From Andalucia godoyi And28 (lineage: Eukaryota; Protista; Jakobida): a stretch of 64,000 nucleotides of DNA. Below are positions 1 through 8,357 of the stretch, piece after piece. The position numbers were made by a program, and so were the translations under genes. The notes beneath the pieces are model-generated. The model had not been told where the DNA came from and did no database searches. It saw only the letters and a program-made list of their open reading frames with translations. Position 1 is the first letter of the stretch. Each line of letters opens with the position of its first letter. The DNA lies in assembly GCA_009859145.1 (NCBI GenBank), contig VRVR01000058.1:109382-173381 (forward strand), read 5' to 3'.

Positions 1-2
1 CC

Positions 3-1256
3 ACGCTTTCTCGTGTTACATTTGCGGAGGCGGTTGAGCAGGTCCACATTTCTACGTCGTTGGAGCTGGCTAACGAATCCCGGATGCGAAGGGTCGAAGT
101 CCGCTTTGACTTTGTGTCATCTGAGGAGCGCGAGCGAATCCTTGCTGTCACAAATGAAGAATTGGAGGATGTTTTCCGAATGCAAGTTGTTCCAAGGCTT
201 GCGAATCTTGTGGATCGTGAGCTTAAACTGCGTGTAGCTAAGCCGGAGGCGGAGGACTTTGTCGTTCGTGTCAAGAAGACTCTTGCTGGCGGTGCAGATC
301 AGGATGCAGAGGAGGAGGGTGTTGAAGATGCAGGCGAGGAAACCACTGCCACCAAGACCAAGCAGCCCAAGGAGGATGACGGGGACGTCGACGACGACGA
401 AGAAGAGGAGGACTCGGATTCTTCTTCAGATGACTCGGATTCCGATTCCAGTGGCGATTCTGATTCTGATTCTGAAGGAGCTGACAAAACGGCACCGACG
501 AAGCAGACGGATTCCTCAGCTAAAGCGTCGCGGCCTACTTCGATGGTGGACGATGCCGAGGAATCGCACAAAGAAAAGGCTGCGAGTGTTCTTTTGCGCA
601 AATACGCATGCCTTGCAGATTTCAGTTTTTCAAAGGAATCGTGCGTTGTGGTGATGCGAGTTCAAGCGTCTCATCGCAAGATTCTGATGCAGGGGCTTGT
701 CGAAAAGGTACTGCTTGCGTCTTTTATTCGTCAGACAAGGGGAATTTCGCGGGTGACATCCTCCACAGAAGAGATTGGCTGCGATGGCGACGCAATCTCT
801 GCGGTGTGGGAAGCCATCTGCCCTGCACTGGAGGGCGAAGCTGACGGTGCCGGCATCAAGGTGGATCTTGAGAAGTTGTACTGCAATGACGTTGGGACCG
901 TGTTGAAGGTGTATGGAGTCGAGGCGGCCCGTCGTCTTCTTCAGAAGGAGCTGGGGCTGGTGTTTGATGCTTATGGTATTCCGGTAGATCAGCGCCACCT
1001 CGCCATCATCGCGGACTACATGACCCTGTACGGAAACTATCGCCCGATGAACCGCATCGGCATGGTATCCAATCCATCGCTGTTCACTCGTGCCAGTTTC
1101 GAAACCACAATCAAGTTTATTACAGATGCCGCCATTAAGGGAGGTTCGGACTCGCTCGACGGCCCTTCAGCCCGCATTGCCACGGGCCAGGTCATCCGCG
1201 GAGGAACCGGGTGCTTTGATCTGATGGTCCCTCTCCGTGAATACCAAACAGCGTAG
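3..1256 (+). CDS. RPA1: RNA polymerase I largest subunit, C-terminal part (5' end outside window)
   Basis: Frame is open from position 3. It carries VYGVEAAR..IxxE, VDQRHLAIIADYMT..G.YRPMNRIG, ASFETT and GPSARIATGQVIRGGTGCFDL, plus the long acidic D/E/S insertion typical of Pol I. Confidence 0.93.
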   Translation, partial: TLSRVTFAEAVEQVHISTSLELANESRMRRVEVRFDFVSSEERERILAVTNEELEDVFRMQVVPRLANLVDRELKLRVAKPEAEDFVVRVKKTLAGGADQDAEEEGVEDAGEETTATKTKQPKEDDGDVDDDEEEEDSDSSSDDSDSDSSGDSDSDSEGADKTAPTKQTDSSAKASRPTSMVDDAEESHKEKAASVLLRKYACLADFSFSKESCVVVMRVQASHRKILMQGLVEKVLLASFIRQTRGISRVTSSTEEIGCDGDAISAVWEAICPALEGEADGAGIKVDLEKLYCNDVGTVLKVYGVEAARRLLQKELGLVFDAYGIPVDQRHLAIIADYMTLYGNYRPMNRIGMVSNPSLFTRASFETTIKFITDAAIKGGSDSLDGPSARIATGQVIRGGTGCFDLMVPLREYQTA

Positions 1257-1754
1257 ACTGGGAACGGCGACTGCGACTGCGACTGCAATTGTTGTGTACA
1301 ACGCTCTTTTTTTTTTTCTTTTTTCTTTTTTGGGTTGAACAGCGGTGTACCGTTGGCAAGCTTCTGAACTGTTCTCATCGTTTTTTTTATTTATTTCGTT
1401 TTCCTCGTCGTAACTAAATAAAAACGAAGTCTCCCCTCTCTTCCGCGATTTCGCGTTTGCTTGTTCTAATATTTTCGTCTTGATTTGGTTATCGTCATCG
1501 TCCACAATTCGGAGTCGTTGAGAGTCCACATCATCGATTGCTGTATAACATATATTTTTTTGTTGCAATTTTGTACCAATATTCACTGAAGAATAAAGGC
1601 TCTGTGATGTCAACCTGGTGCTTCCAGTGAAATAACAAAAACAATTTTTACGAGACTGCCTATGGGGTATTAGGATCAATGGGTTCTGGAGATTCGACTG
1701 GAGAATGAAATTCACGGCCCTGATCGGTTGGTGGAGACGTTATCGAGTGGAAGG

Positions 1755-2275
1755 TCATGGGAGTGCTGTCACCATCATTGACAGCATCTTCTTCGGCCAG
1801 TGATGGCACAGACGGATCGATATCATCCTCAAGCGACAAAAGAACAGTGTAATCTTCTGAGATATGAATGCGATTTGCGGTAATGTATACATCCCCGTAT
1901 TAATGCTGCTCCATTTCACAGAGTTGACAGCATCTCCAGATTCCGTCTCGTCGTCCACGGAAGGCAGTTCCTCTAGCACGTCATCGTCCGTGGAGTCTGC
2001 AGGAGACAGCGGAGTGCTAGCTTGAGAACATGTCGACTGCCGTTTGGGAAGAGAGTGAATTCGCGGAAACACGTTATTGAAGAAGAGATTCAACATATGA
2101 GTGTGGCAGCCAGCAAACTGGATAGATGGATACTTCTCCTGTGCGAGCCTCCACATTCTCTTCATAACACTAGTGTTGTCAGTAGTGACAGCAACAACTT
2201 GCTGAGATACTTGTGCAGCAGCGATTGACCTGTCAAGTAATTTCGCATAATACTCTCTGTCTTTGGACGCATGCA
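1755..2275 (-). mobile_element. hAT-superfamily (DUF659-type) transposase relic
   Basis: SKDREYYAKLL..VVAVTTDNTSVMKRMWRLAQEKYPSIQFAGCHTHMLNL aligns by eye with QDAEYLADVI..AIVTDNCNTMKKVWRLLKQKMPKLATIGCAAHITHL of the long transposase at 62854. The N-terminus is missing and it degenerates into an acidic tail. Confidence 0.8.
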
Positions 2276-2545
2276 ATCTCGATCAATCTGCGAGCTGCAC
2301 GCGGGACATGCAAACACTTTTATGCTTCCGTCTTGACGTGCATGGATCTCACCGCAGCGCCCGCACGGTTTGGACGTGTACTCCGCACCGAGCCACTTTC
2401 TCAGCGTGACACGTTGTTCCTGAGAAGGATGCATTTTGATTCTGACGGCCCTAGCAGTAGGTGTAGTGACACGTGGTCTCTTAGGAGGTTTGCGGGACCT
2501 AGGAGGCCCTGTATCGAGCGGCGTAGGCGTAGGCGAATGCGTCAT
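2273..2545 (-). mobile_element. Internally deleted Fanzor2/TnpB-like nuclease relic (IS605-OrfB HTH fused directly to the C-terminal Zn ribbon)
   Basis: RAVRIKMHPSQEQRVTLRKWLGA (2384-2452) resembles the OrfB/Fanzor2 N-terminal 'RIYPTxEQ..L.xWFG' motif. It is followed at once by EYTSKPCGRCG..KVFACPAC..IDRD (2276-2383), the 'ExYTSKxCxxCG..FxCxxC..DRD' Zn ribbon. Confidence 0.82.
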
Positions 2546-2605
2546 CCCAGCGCACTCACGCCCATATTTGAATTAAAAAAGTGAAACCAACGAATGATAG
2601 AATAG

Positions 2606-2941
2606 ATGGCTACGGATGCTGCGTTAAAGAGTGTCGAAAATGCGGAGCCTGTGTCGCAGGCTGAATTTTGGCCGAGCGTGCGTAAGCACGAATTCCCTGT
2701 GAAGCAAACGTGCTCGTGTCGGCCAGTATCGACCGTGTCTGTTTATGGATACTTCCGAATGCATGACAATTTCGTGTCATTATTCAACGGCGAAGGATCT
2801 ACCGCGGTGGCTCAGCAGCAGAAAATGGACACCAGCCTTCCCGTCGTATTTCGACGTCAGATTGACCACGACGGTGTGAGCCGAACCTTCGTTGACAACA
2901 TAAATCTGCCAACCGTTTGTCGACATGTCACTGATGGCTGA
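2606..2941 (+). CDS. Hypothetical 111-aa ORF overlapping the OGG1 start; possible upstream exon or relic
   Basis: The ATG follows an AT-rich gap. No family recognised. It contains a ~47-bp segment also found inverted at 47121-47169. Confidence 0.25.
   Translation: MATDAALKSVENAEPVSQAEFWPSVRKHEFPVKQTCSCRPVSTVSVYGYFRMHDNFVSLFNGEGSTAVAQQQKMDTSLPVVFRRQIDHDGVSRTFVDNINLPTVCRHVTDG
2745..2791 (+). repeat. Dispersed ~47-bp repeat, copy 1
   Basis: atggat--acttccgaatgcatgacaatttcgtgtcattattcaacggc versus the reverse complement of 47121-47169; 5 mismatches plus one 2-nt gap by manual alignment. Confidence 0.7.
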
Positions 2942-4316
2942 GGTCATGATGAAGGCTTCGAAGCGGTTTCTCTTGCATTCTGTGGCTGCGCGGCCTTCTC
3001 TATGGACACCGCTCAATGTGGATGCTCGGGAGCTTCGTCTCGAATCGACGCTGTTCGGCGGTCAGTGTTTTCGCTGGAAGCGCACTGCGCATCCTTCTAT
3101 CTACGTCGGCTGGGTTCTGGACCAAATGATTGCGCTCGAAGAAACAGGATCCAATGTGTATTTCTGTGCCATCAGCCCTGGTGATCGGGCCATGCAAAGC
3201 CAGCTTCCATCTCTGCCGTCTCCGCCGTCGCCACCGACCCGGTCGCCGACTGCAGAAGCGACGGCAAGACTTTTGCGAGCGTATTTTCAGCTTTCGTTTC
3301 CGGTGCAAAAGCTCGATGCAATGTTCTGCGATCGCGATCCAAAGTACTTTTCGTCTGTTTCCTCGAGGTTTTCTGGCACCCGGCTGTTGGATCAGGATCC
3401 TTTTGAATGCCTGGTGTCGTTTATCTGCTCAGCCAATAACAACATTACGCGCATTGTGCAAATGATTGAAAAGCTGTGTGTCGAGTTAGGAGAGTTGCGT
3501 GCTGAAGTGGCTGTCGCCATCGGTGGTGGTGGCGACGGCGGCGGCGGCGGCGCTAACGTCGGTGATGCAGATGCGTCGGTGGTGAAGCTCTATTCATTTC
3601 CGTCGATTGAAGCCCTGCGTCAGTGTTCCGAGCAGAATTTCCGGTCGTGGGGCATGGGCTATCGTGCAAAGTCCATTAAAGTGACAATCGACATGTTGTG
3701 CGACAACAATTTCTTGCTGTTCAGGCAGCTATATGCTTTCAAGGACCCATCGTCCCTGATGGTCTCGTCATTTTCAAATGTGCTGCGTCGCCAGTTCCCA
3801 CTCGCAAACGATGAGAAGTCCGAGTTCTTGACGTCTTTCACCGAAACCCAGAGCCGAGTTGGGTTGAATGCAATGTCGTCCGCTCTTCTTGAAAATCAGG
3901 ACTCCGAGCGCGTTGCGGATATCGACGCACAGGATAATGCAGTGCTTGACTTTCTGATGCAGTTCCGGGGTGTCGGCCTGAAAGTTGCGTCTTGTGCAGC
4001 GCTGTTCTCCCTTCACCGACATTCAGTTGTTCCCGTGGACACACACATTTGGCAGGTCTCCACGGCAAACTACGTGACGTCTCTTCGAAACAAGACATGC
4101 AATGAGAAAACCGTGCGCGTTGTGCAGAGTGCATGGCGCAGAGTTTTCGGTCCGATGGCCGGCTGGAGCCAAATGATCTTGTTTGCGAATCGATTAAAGA
4201 TCTTCAACAGTCGCTCTGCCGAGCCGTTGAGCATGAGTGCTGCGGACGGCAATGTTGCTGCATCCACTCCCGTTCCTGCAAGAAAAAGGTCTCGCATAGT
4301 CGAACCACCAATCTGA
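2925..4316 (+). CDS. OGG1: 8-oxoguanine DNA glycosylase/AP lyase (HhH-GPD)
   Basis: LESTLFGGQCFRW; QDPFECLVSFICSANNNITRI; GMGYRAK; HhH LMQFRGVGLKVASC with catalytic K; VVPVDTHIWQV; FGPMAGWSQMILF. Confidence 0.93.
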   Translation: MSLMAEVMMKASKRFLLHSVAARPSLWTPLNVDARELRLESTLFGGQCFRWKRTAHPSIYVGWVLDQMIALEETGSNVYFCAISPGDRAMQSQLPSLPSPPSPPTRSPTAEATARLLRAYFQLSFPVQKLDAMFCDRDPKYFSSVSSRFSGTRLLDQDPFECLVSFICSANNNITRIVQMIEKLCVELGELRAEVAVAIGGGGDGGGGGANVGDADASVVKLYSFPSIEALRQCSEQNFRSWGMGYRAKSIKVTIDMLCDNNFLLFRQLYAFKDPSSLMVSSFSNVLRRQFPLANDEKSEFLTSFTETQSRVGLNAMSSALLENQDSERVADIDAQDNAVLDFLMQFRGVGLKVASCAALFSLHRHSVVPVDTHIWQVSTANYVTSLRNKTCNEKTVRVVQSAWRRVFGPMAGWSQMILFANRLKIFNSRSAEPLSMSAADGNVAASTPVPARKRSRIVEPPI

Positions 4317-4513
4317 TTACGGGTTCCGTCTCCGATTTTCATTATTTTTATTTCTTGATCCCCTCCTTCTTATTTATTTACTGATATGAGATGCTGTACT
4401 GTACATGTGTTTTTTTTTAAAATGTAAGGGTAGACAGAACCAAATTACCCAAGCCCCTGCTATGTTCGTTTCTCACTCTACACCATTTTCAAGGGTTGCT
4501 GCTATTGATGTTG

Positions 4514-7345
4514 CTATTGCTGGTGCTGGTGCTGCTGCATTTGTCGCATCAGCGCACCCCATTTCTTGATTCCCGGAAGCTGTACCGCTGTTGGAGACAC
4601 CGAGCGGCCACCTCCCGCTGCCTGCGCAAAGCCGACTGCATCTTGAAACGAAAATGTCTTTCTCGCCGGAAAATGGAGCGAAACGACGTTTCCAGCGTTC
4701 CACCCGCTCAGACCGCCGCCACTTGCTGAAGGAGGACTGACAAACGGTAGAGTCAGCGGCTGGCCGCAGGCTGCCGCTACGTCATTAAGGCCCGCCTGGA
4801 GAGGATTCCGTCCCTGTTGAGAAAGCAGTACCGGCCTCCTTTCCACGTCGCTTAGCTCCAGTTTGCGTGAGCCATCTTCTTCAAAGACGTCGAACGCGGG
4901 ATCCGACATGTTCCCATCGGCATCAGCTATCTGCACAGAAGGATTCATCTTCTTCCACCGGATCAACTCCTTTTCTACGTTTCTCATTTTCTCCCGCATC
5001 TTCTTGTAGGTTAGCATTACGTCCTTGACCTTGTCTCTCTCCTTTGCGAGCTGCAAGCGGTATCTTGTGATTTCTGCTTCGGCAATCGAGCGGATGTGCC
5101 TCTCGTGCAAGTACTTGTCTGCCAGAGCCTCAATTTCCGCCGCGAGCTTCAGCCGTTCGTCAGCTCGCGCTGCAGTCTCATCAAACGGAACGGCTAGTGG
5201 AGTCGGTGACCCATTCGACCCCTCTGTACCCGAGTTCATCGCAGAGAAGGCAGATTGCTGCGCCTTGTGCTGGACCGTAGCTTGACGAATCAGTGAACGA
5301 AGCTTTGCTCCCAGAGGACTCGCAATCGACTTTTGTGGGCTCGCTGTCCCATTATCACCACTGGGCTCCGCCTCGGACGCCGCGAGACTTCTTTCTGTCG
5401 GCCCGGAAACGGCTCCGGAGGCGGTTGCTCCATTGGCCGCTGCTGCTGCCATCAGAAGCGAGGCGAATCCGGACTTCCTTGCTGGGAGCGTCTTCTTCGG
5501 TGTCTCGTCCTGTTGAATCGGAGGAATCGGAGGAACCGCAGGAAAGACCGGGGACTTAGCGGCTTCACCGGCATCGTCTGCTGTGCCGTTCTCCTCTTTC
5601 TGTGGATTGGATGTACAAGCGATTGAGGTGGGTGTAGGAGAGGACGGAAGAGAATCGACTGCACAAGAGGGCGACACAATGTCGCGATTTGACTCGTTAT
5701 GACCCTTCACAATTTGGACGGCGACTGATGTTCCAAAACTCGGATCGATAGTAGAAATGGGAAAGAACGAGTGCATCCTTTCGCCTCCTTCCTTCACTGG
5801 CTCTCCGAAACCGTGGTCGCTGTCATTTCCAGCTTGTTGGACTCCTCCGACCATACTTTCACCTGCACCTGGACTTGATCGACTTGCCTGTTGCCCGTGT
5901 AGTTGCTGGTGCTGGTGCTGGTGCTGTTGCTGTTGCTGTTGTTGTTGAAGAGGGTGATGTCCTGCCGAGCCTCGCGGCATTGCGTTACCATTAGGACCGC
6001 TAGCACTGCTACTAGGGGAGGATGAAGAACTGACCAGGCCTGCAATGACGGATCCAGTTCTTCCATGCCGATTTAGCACAAACGAGCCACCACCGGACCC
6101 TTGGATTTTCCCGATTCGTTCCCGTTCTCGCTGCGCCAAGTATGCTTCAAAAATGTTCTCATCCGTGTTCATTGCCTTCTCCTCTATTCCAGTGAACCCG
6201 CAGTCCGCCACGACATGCTCGGCGGCGCCCGCAGCAGCCCCTACCGTCGGCGCCCGGACAGCGGGCCGCAGCACGACTGTTTTGAACCCGGGCATTGGTG
6301 CAACCTTTGGAGTTTGTGTGCTTCTGTCTCTTGATTTCGCGGCCATTTGTGCCTTGTACTCGTCGACGGCCTCCAGCCTTGTTCTGGAGATCAGGAGCTC
6401 ATACTCGACTCTGACCCGTTCCAGCGTAACCTCCTCGGCCCGTTCTCTCTCTCGAAACACGTTTCCTATGACCAACGCCGACTTTACGACTCCACTGACC
6501 GAGTCCTGCAGCCAGTCTCGATCCGCCGCAACATCCTCCAGCGCCTCCATTAACCGGTCTCCATTCACCGTAGCCTGCATCGTCGCCGCAGACAGCCGCG
6601 CTCGAGCCCGACCCCTATCCTTCAGCTTATCATCCAGGGCATCCATGTCGTACCTCTCTCCATTCTCCGTTTCAATCTGCTTCTCCAAATCATCACTGTC
6701 AACACTGTTATCGCTGTCATCATCATCGCCTCGCAAGTCCCCACTGTATCCACCAATACCACCACCACCTCTGTCCTCATCATCGTATTCCCACTCGCTG
6801 GCGTCCTCGCCATCCTGGTCTTGGTCCTGGCCCTGGACGAAAGCTCTATTTCCACAACCACCATCACTACTACGATGACGACTACTTTCCTTCTTGGCGT
6901 TCCTGCCTGCCTCCCTTCGTCGCCGGCGTCGTCGCTTCTGCTGCGAATCATCCGTTATACTACGCAACCGATGGATGATCGACAACACCTCAGCAGTCGT
7001 GTCTGCGCGCTGCGTGCTCCACGAATGCATCAGGTTCCGGTACTTTGCATTATGCATCGGCACGGAACTCGACACGCTCGGCACACCACCCCGCTCCTTC
7101 CACACTCCGCCTCTCCCACCGCCGACTGCAGTGTATCCCATTGCCGTGGCCGCCGCCGCCGCCGCCGACGACGACGAAGACGAAGACGCAGACAACGAGG
7201 CGGGTTTCAGCAGCGACGCCACATGATACGAGTGCACCGACGAAAAGGACCGCGGATCACCACCGGCGTGATACTGGAGACTCTGCGACGACGACCGTGG
7301 AACACTGCGGCCACCATGCACTACAAGCACATGCTTATCCTCCAT
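4514..7345 (-). CDS. Hypothetical low-complexity coiled-coil protein (~943 aa)
   Basis: Long uninterrupted ORF with predicted coiled coils (ERLKLAAEIEALADKY..KMREKMRNVEKEL) and poly-S/Q/R runs. Start placed at the first plausible ATG (MEDKHV); the ORF-track extension to 7684 overlaps the BRAWNIN-like gene. Confidence 0.7.
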   Translation of the reverse strand: MEDKHVLVVHGGRSVPRSSSQSLQYHAGGDPRSFSSVHSYHVASLLKPASLSASSSSSSSAAAAAATAMGYTAVGGGRGGVWKERGGVPSVSSSVPMHNAKYRNLMHSWSTQRADTTAEVLSIIHRLRSITDDSQQKRRRRRRREAGRNAKKESSRHRSSDGGCGNRAFVQGQDQDQDGEDASEWEYDDEDRGGGGIGGYSGDLRGDDDDSDNSVDSDDLEKQIETENGERYDMDALDDKLKDRGRARARLSAATMQATVNGDRLMEALEDVAADRDWLQDSVSGVVKSALVIGNVFRERERAEEVTLERVRVEYELLISRTRLEAVDEYKAQMAAKSRDRSTQTPKVAPMPGFKTVVLRPAVRAPTVGAAAGAAEHVVADCGFTGIEEKAMNTDENIFEAYLAQRERERIGKIQGSGGGSFVLNRHGRTGSVIAGLVSSSSSPSSSASGPNGNAMPRGSAGHHPLQQQQQQQQHQHQHQQLHGQQASRSSPGAGESMVGGVQQAGNDSDHGFGEPVKEGGERMHSFFPISTIDPSFGTSVAVQIVKGHNESNRDIVSPSCAVDSLPSSPTPTSIACTSNPQKEENGTADDAGEAAKSPVFPAVPPIPPIQQDETPKKTLPARKSGFASLLMAAAAANGATASGAVSGPTERSLAASEAEPSGDNGTASPQKSIASPLGAKLRSLIRQATVQHKAQQSAFSAMNSGTEGSNGSPTPLAVPFDETAARADERLKLAAEIEALADKYLHERHIRSIAEAEITRYRLQLAKERDKVKDVMLTYKKMREKMRNVEKELIRWKKMNPSVQIADADGNMSDPAFDVFEEDGSRKLELSDVERRPVLLSQQGRNPLQAGLNDVAAACGQPLTLPFVSPPSASGGGLSGWNAGNVVSLHFPARKTFSFQDAVGFAQAAGGGRSVSPTAVQLPGIKKWGALMRQMQQHQHQQ

Positions 7346-7586
7346 CAATTGAGTTCGGCTCTCCGCAAGCCCATTCAGCACACCCCACAACCAACAGCAG
7401 AAAGAAATGACGGTTTGCAATTGCAAGGAAAGTGAATGCGCAGAAATATGGTAAGAGCTGTACAAATAAAACAAAAACATAAACAAAAACCAAAGAACGA
7501 AACGATGAAATAATGCAGGAAAAGTGGCAGTTTGGGATCGTGGGCTTTGGGCGCGTCCCTGCTGTAGATTCTGAACGGGAGGTGGA

Positions 7587-7724
7587 CTACGACTGACTGG
7601 AAGAGGGGTGCTTCGGGATCTCGAGATTTGGCTTGAAGACGTTGTGCACCAGCGACGCACCGCAGAGCAAGCTCCCAAGCGCAATGCTCATGAGCGCTAC
7701 ATACTGCCTCTTGGAAATCGACAT
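7587..7724 (-). CDS. UQCC6: BRAWNIN/UQCC6-like (DUF4516) mitochondrial microprotein, 45 aa
   Basis: My translation is MSISKRQYVALMSIALGSLLCGASLVHNVFKPNLEIPKHPSSSQS*. It matches the family pattern 'Y..hh..ah.shh.GA.hVH.hh+P+L.IP' with one hydrophobic helix. It is below the 60-aa cut-off of the ORF track. Confidence 0.78.
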   Translation of the reverse strand: MSISKRQYVALMSIALGSLLCGASLVHNVFKPNLEIPKHPSSSQS

Positions 7725-8230
7725 TTTCTCTTCCTTTTCCTCCCCCTTCTTCCTCCCCTTCCTCTCTCCTCTTGTTCTCTAGCACTGACAGAGTACGGAG
7801 AGTTGAGTGTGCGCAAAATGAGCAGCCCAAGAGCGCTGTGGTGGATTTGTCGCAACGCAGTGCATTACAGCAGTCAGAAAACGGGGATGGCCAGACTCTA
7901 GTCTCAACTCTCCGAGTTCCTGGATTTCTTTTTTACAGTCGATTCCTAGTACATTTTTGGCATTGCTCTGCTGCGGCTTCCGTCTGCACTGCACGGGCCA
8001 TGGCGAATCAATGCTGACCATCCAAATGCAGACTTGCATCGGAACCGAGTGTGAATCCCATTTTAGAAGGGGGAGACATGATGGGGACATCGGGATGGCG
8101 ATAGACTGGCGAGAAGGGGAAAAAAAAGGCGAACAGAAGGGCGTAGTCATGGCCCACTTGCTTGCCAAACGGTTCCGAGGCCCGTCGCTCCTTGAAGCTG
8201 AGCCCCAGAGGGCAGTGGTGCCACATTCAT

Positions 8231-8325
8231 CTACTGTTCATCGTTGCTTGGTTCGGCGGGCGATTCGTTCGGTGGTGCTTGTGGTGACAACGGAATATCC
8301 GAAATGTCCTGATCCTCGGCAGTTT

Positions 8326-8357
<32 letters not shown>

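Noticed and set aside
300-600. Long acidic D/E/S insertion in RPA1
   Set aside because: An acidic expander/DNA-mimicking loop is a known feature of Pol I largest subunits, so it is not novel.
1167-1715. 182-aa minus-strand ORF with an 'AIDDVD' Walker-B-like motif
   Set aside because: No Walker A or other helicase motif, and it runs into poly-A/T tracts and the RPA1 3' end. Probably a chance ORF in AT-rich DNA next to the hAT relic.
7346-7684. N-terminal 113 aa of the track's 1056-aa ORF
   Set aside because: Non-ATG start, T-rich intergenic-looking sequence, and it overlaps the better-supported BRAWNIN-like ORF.
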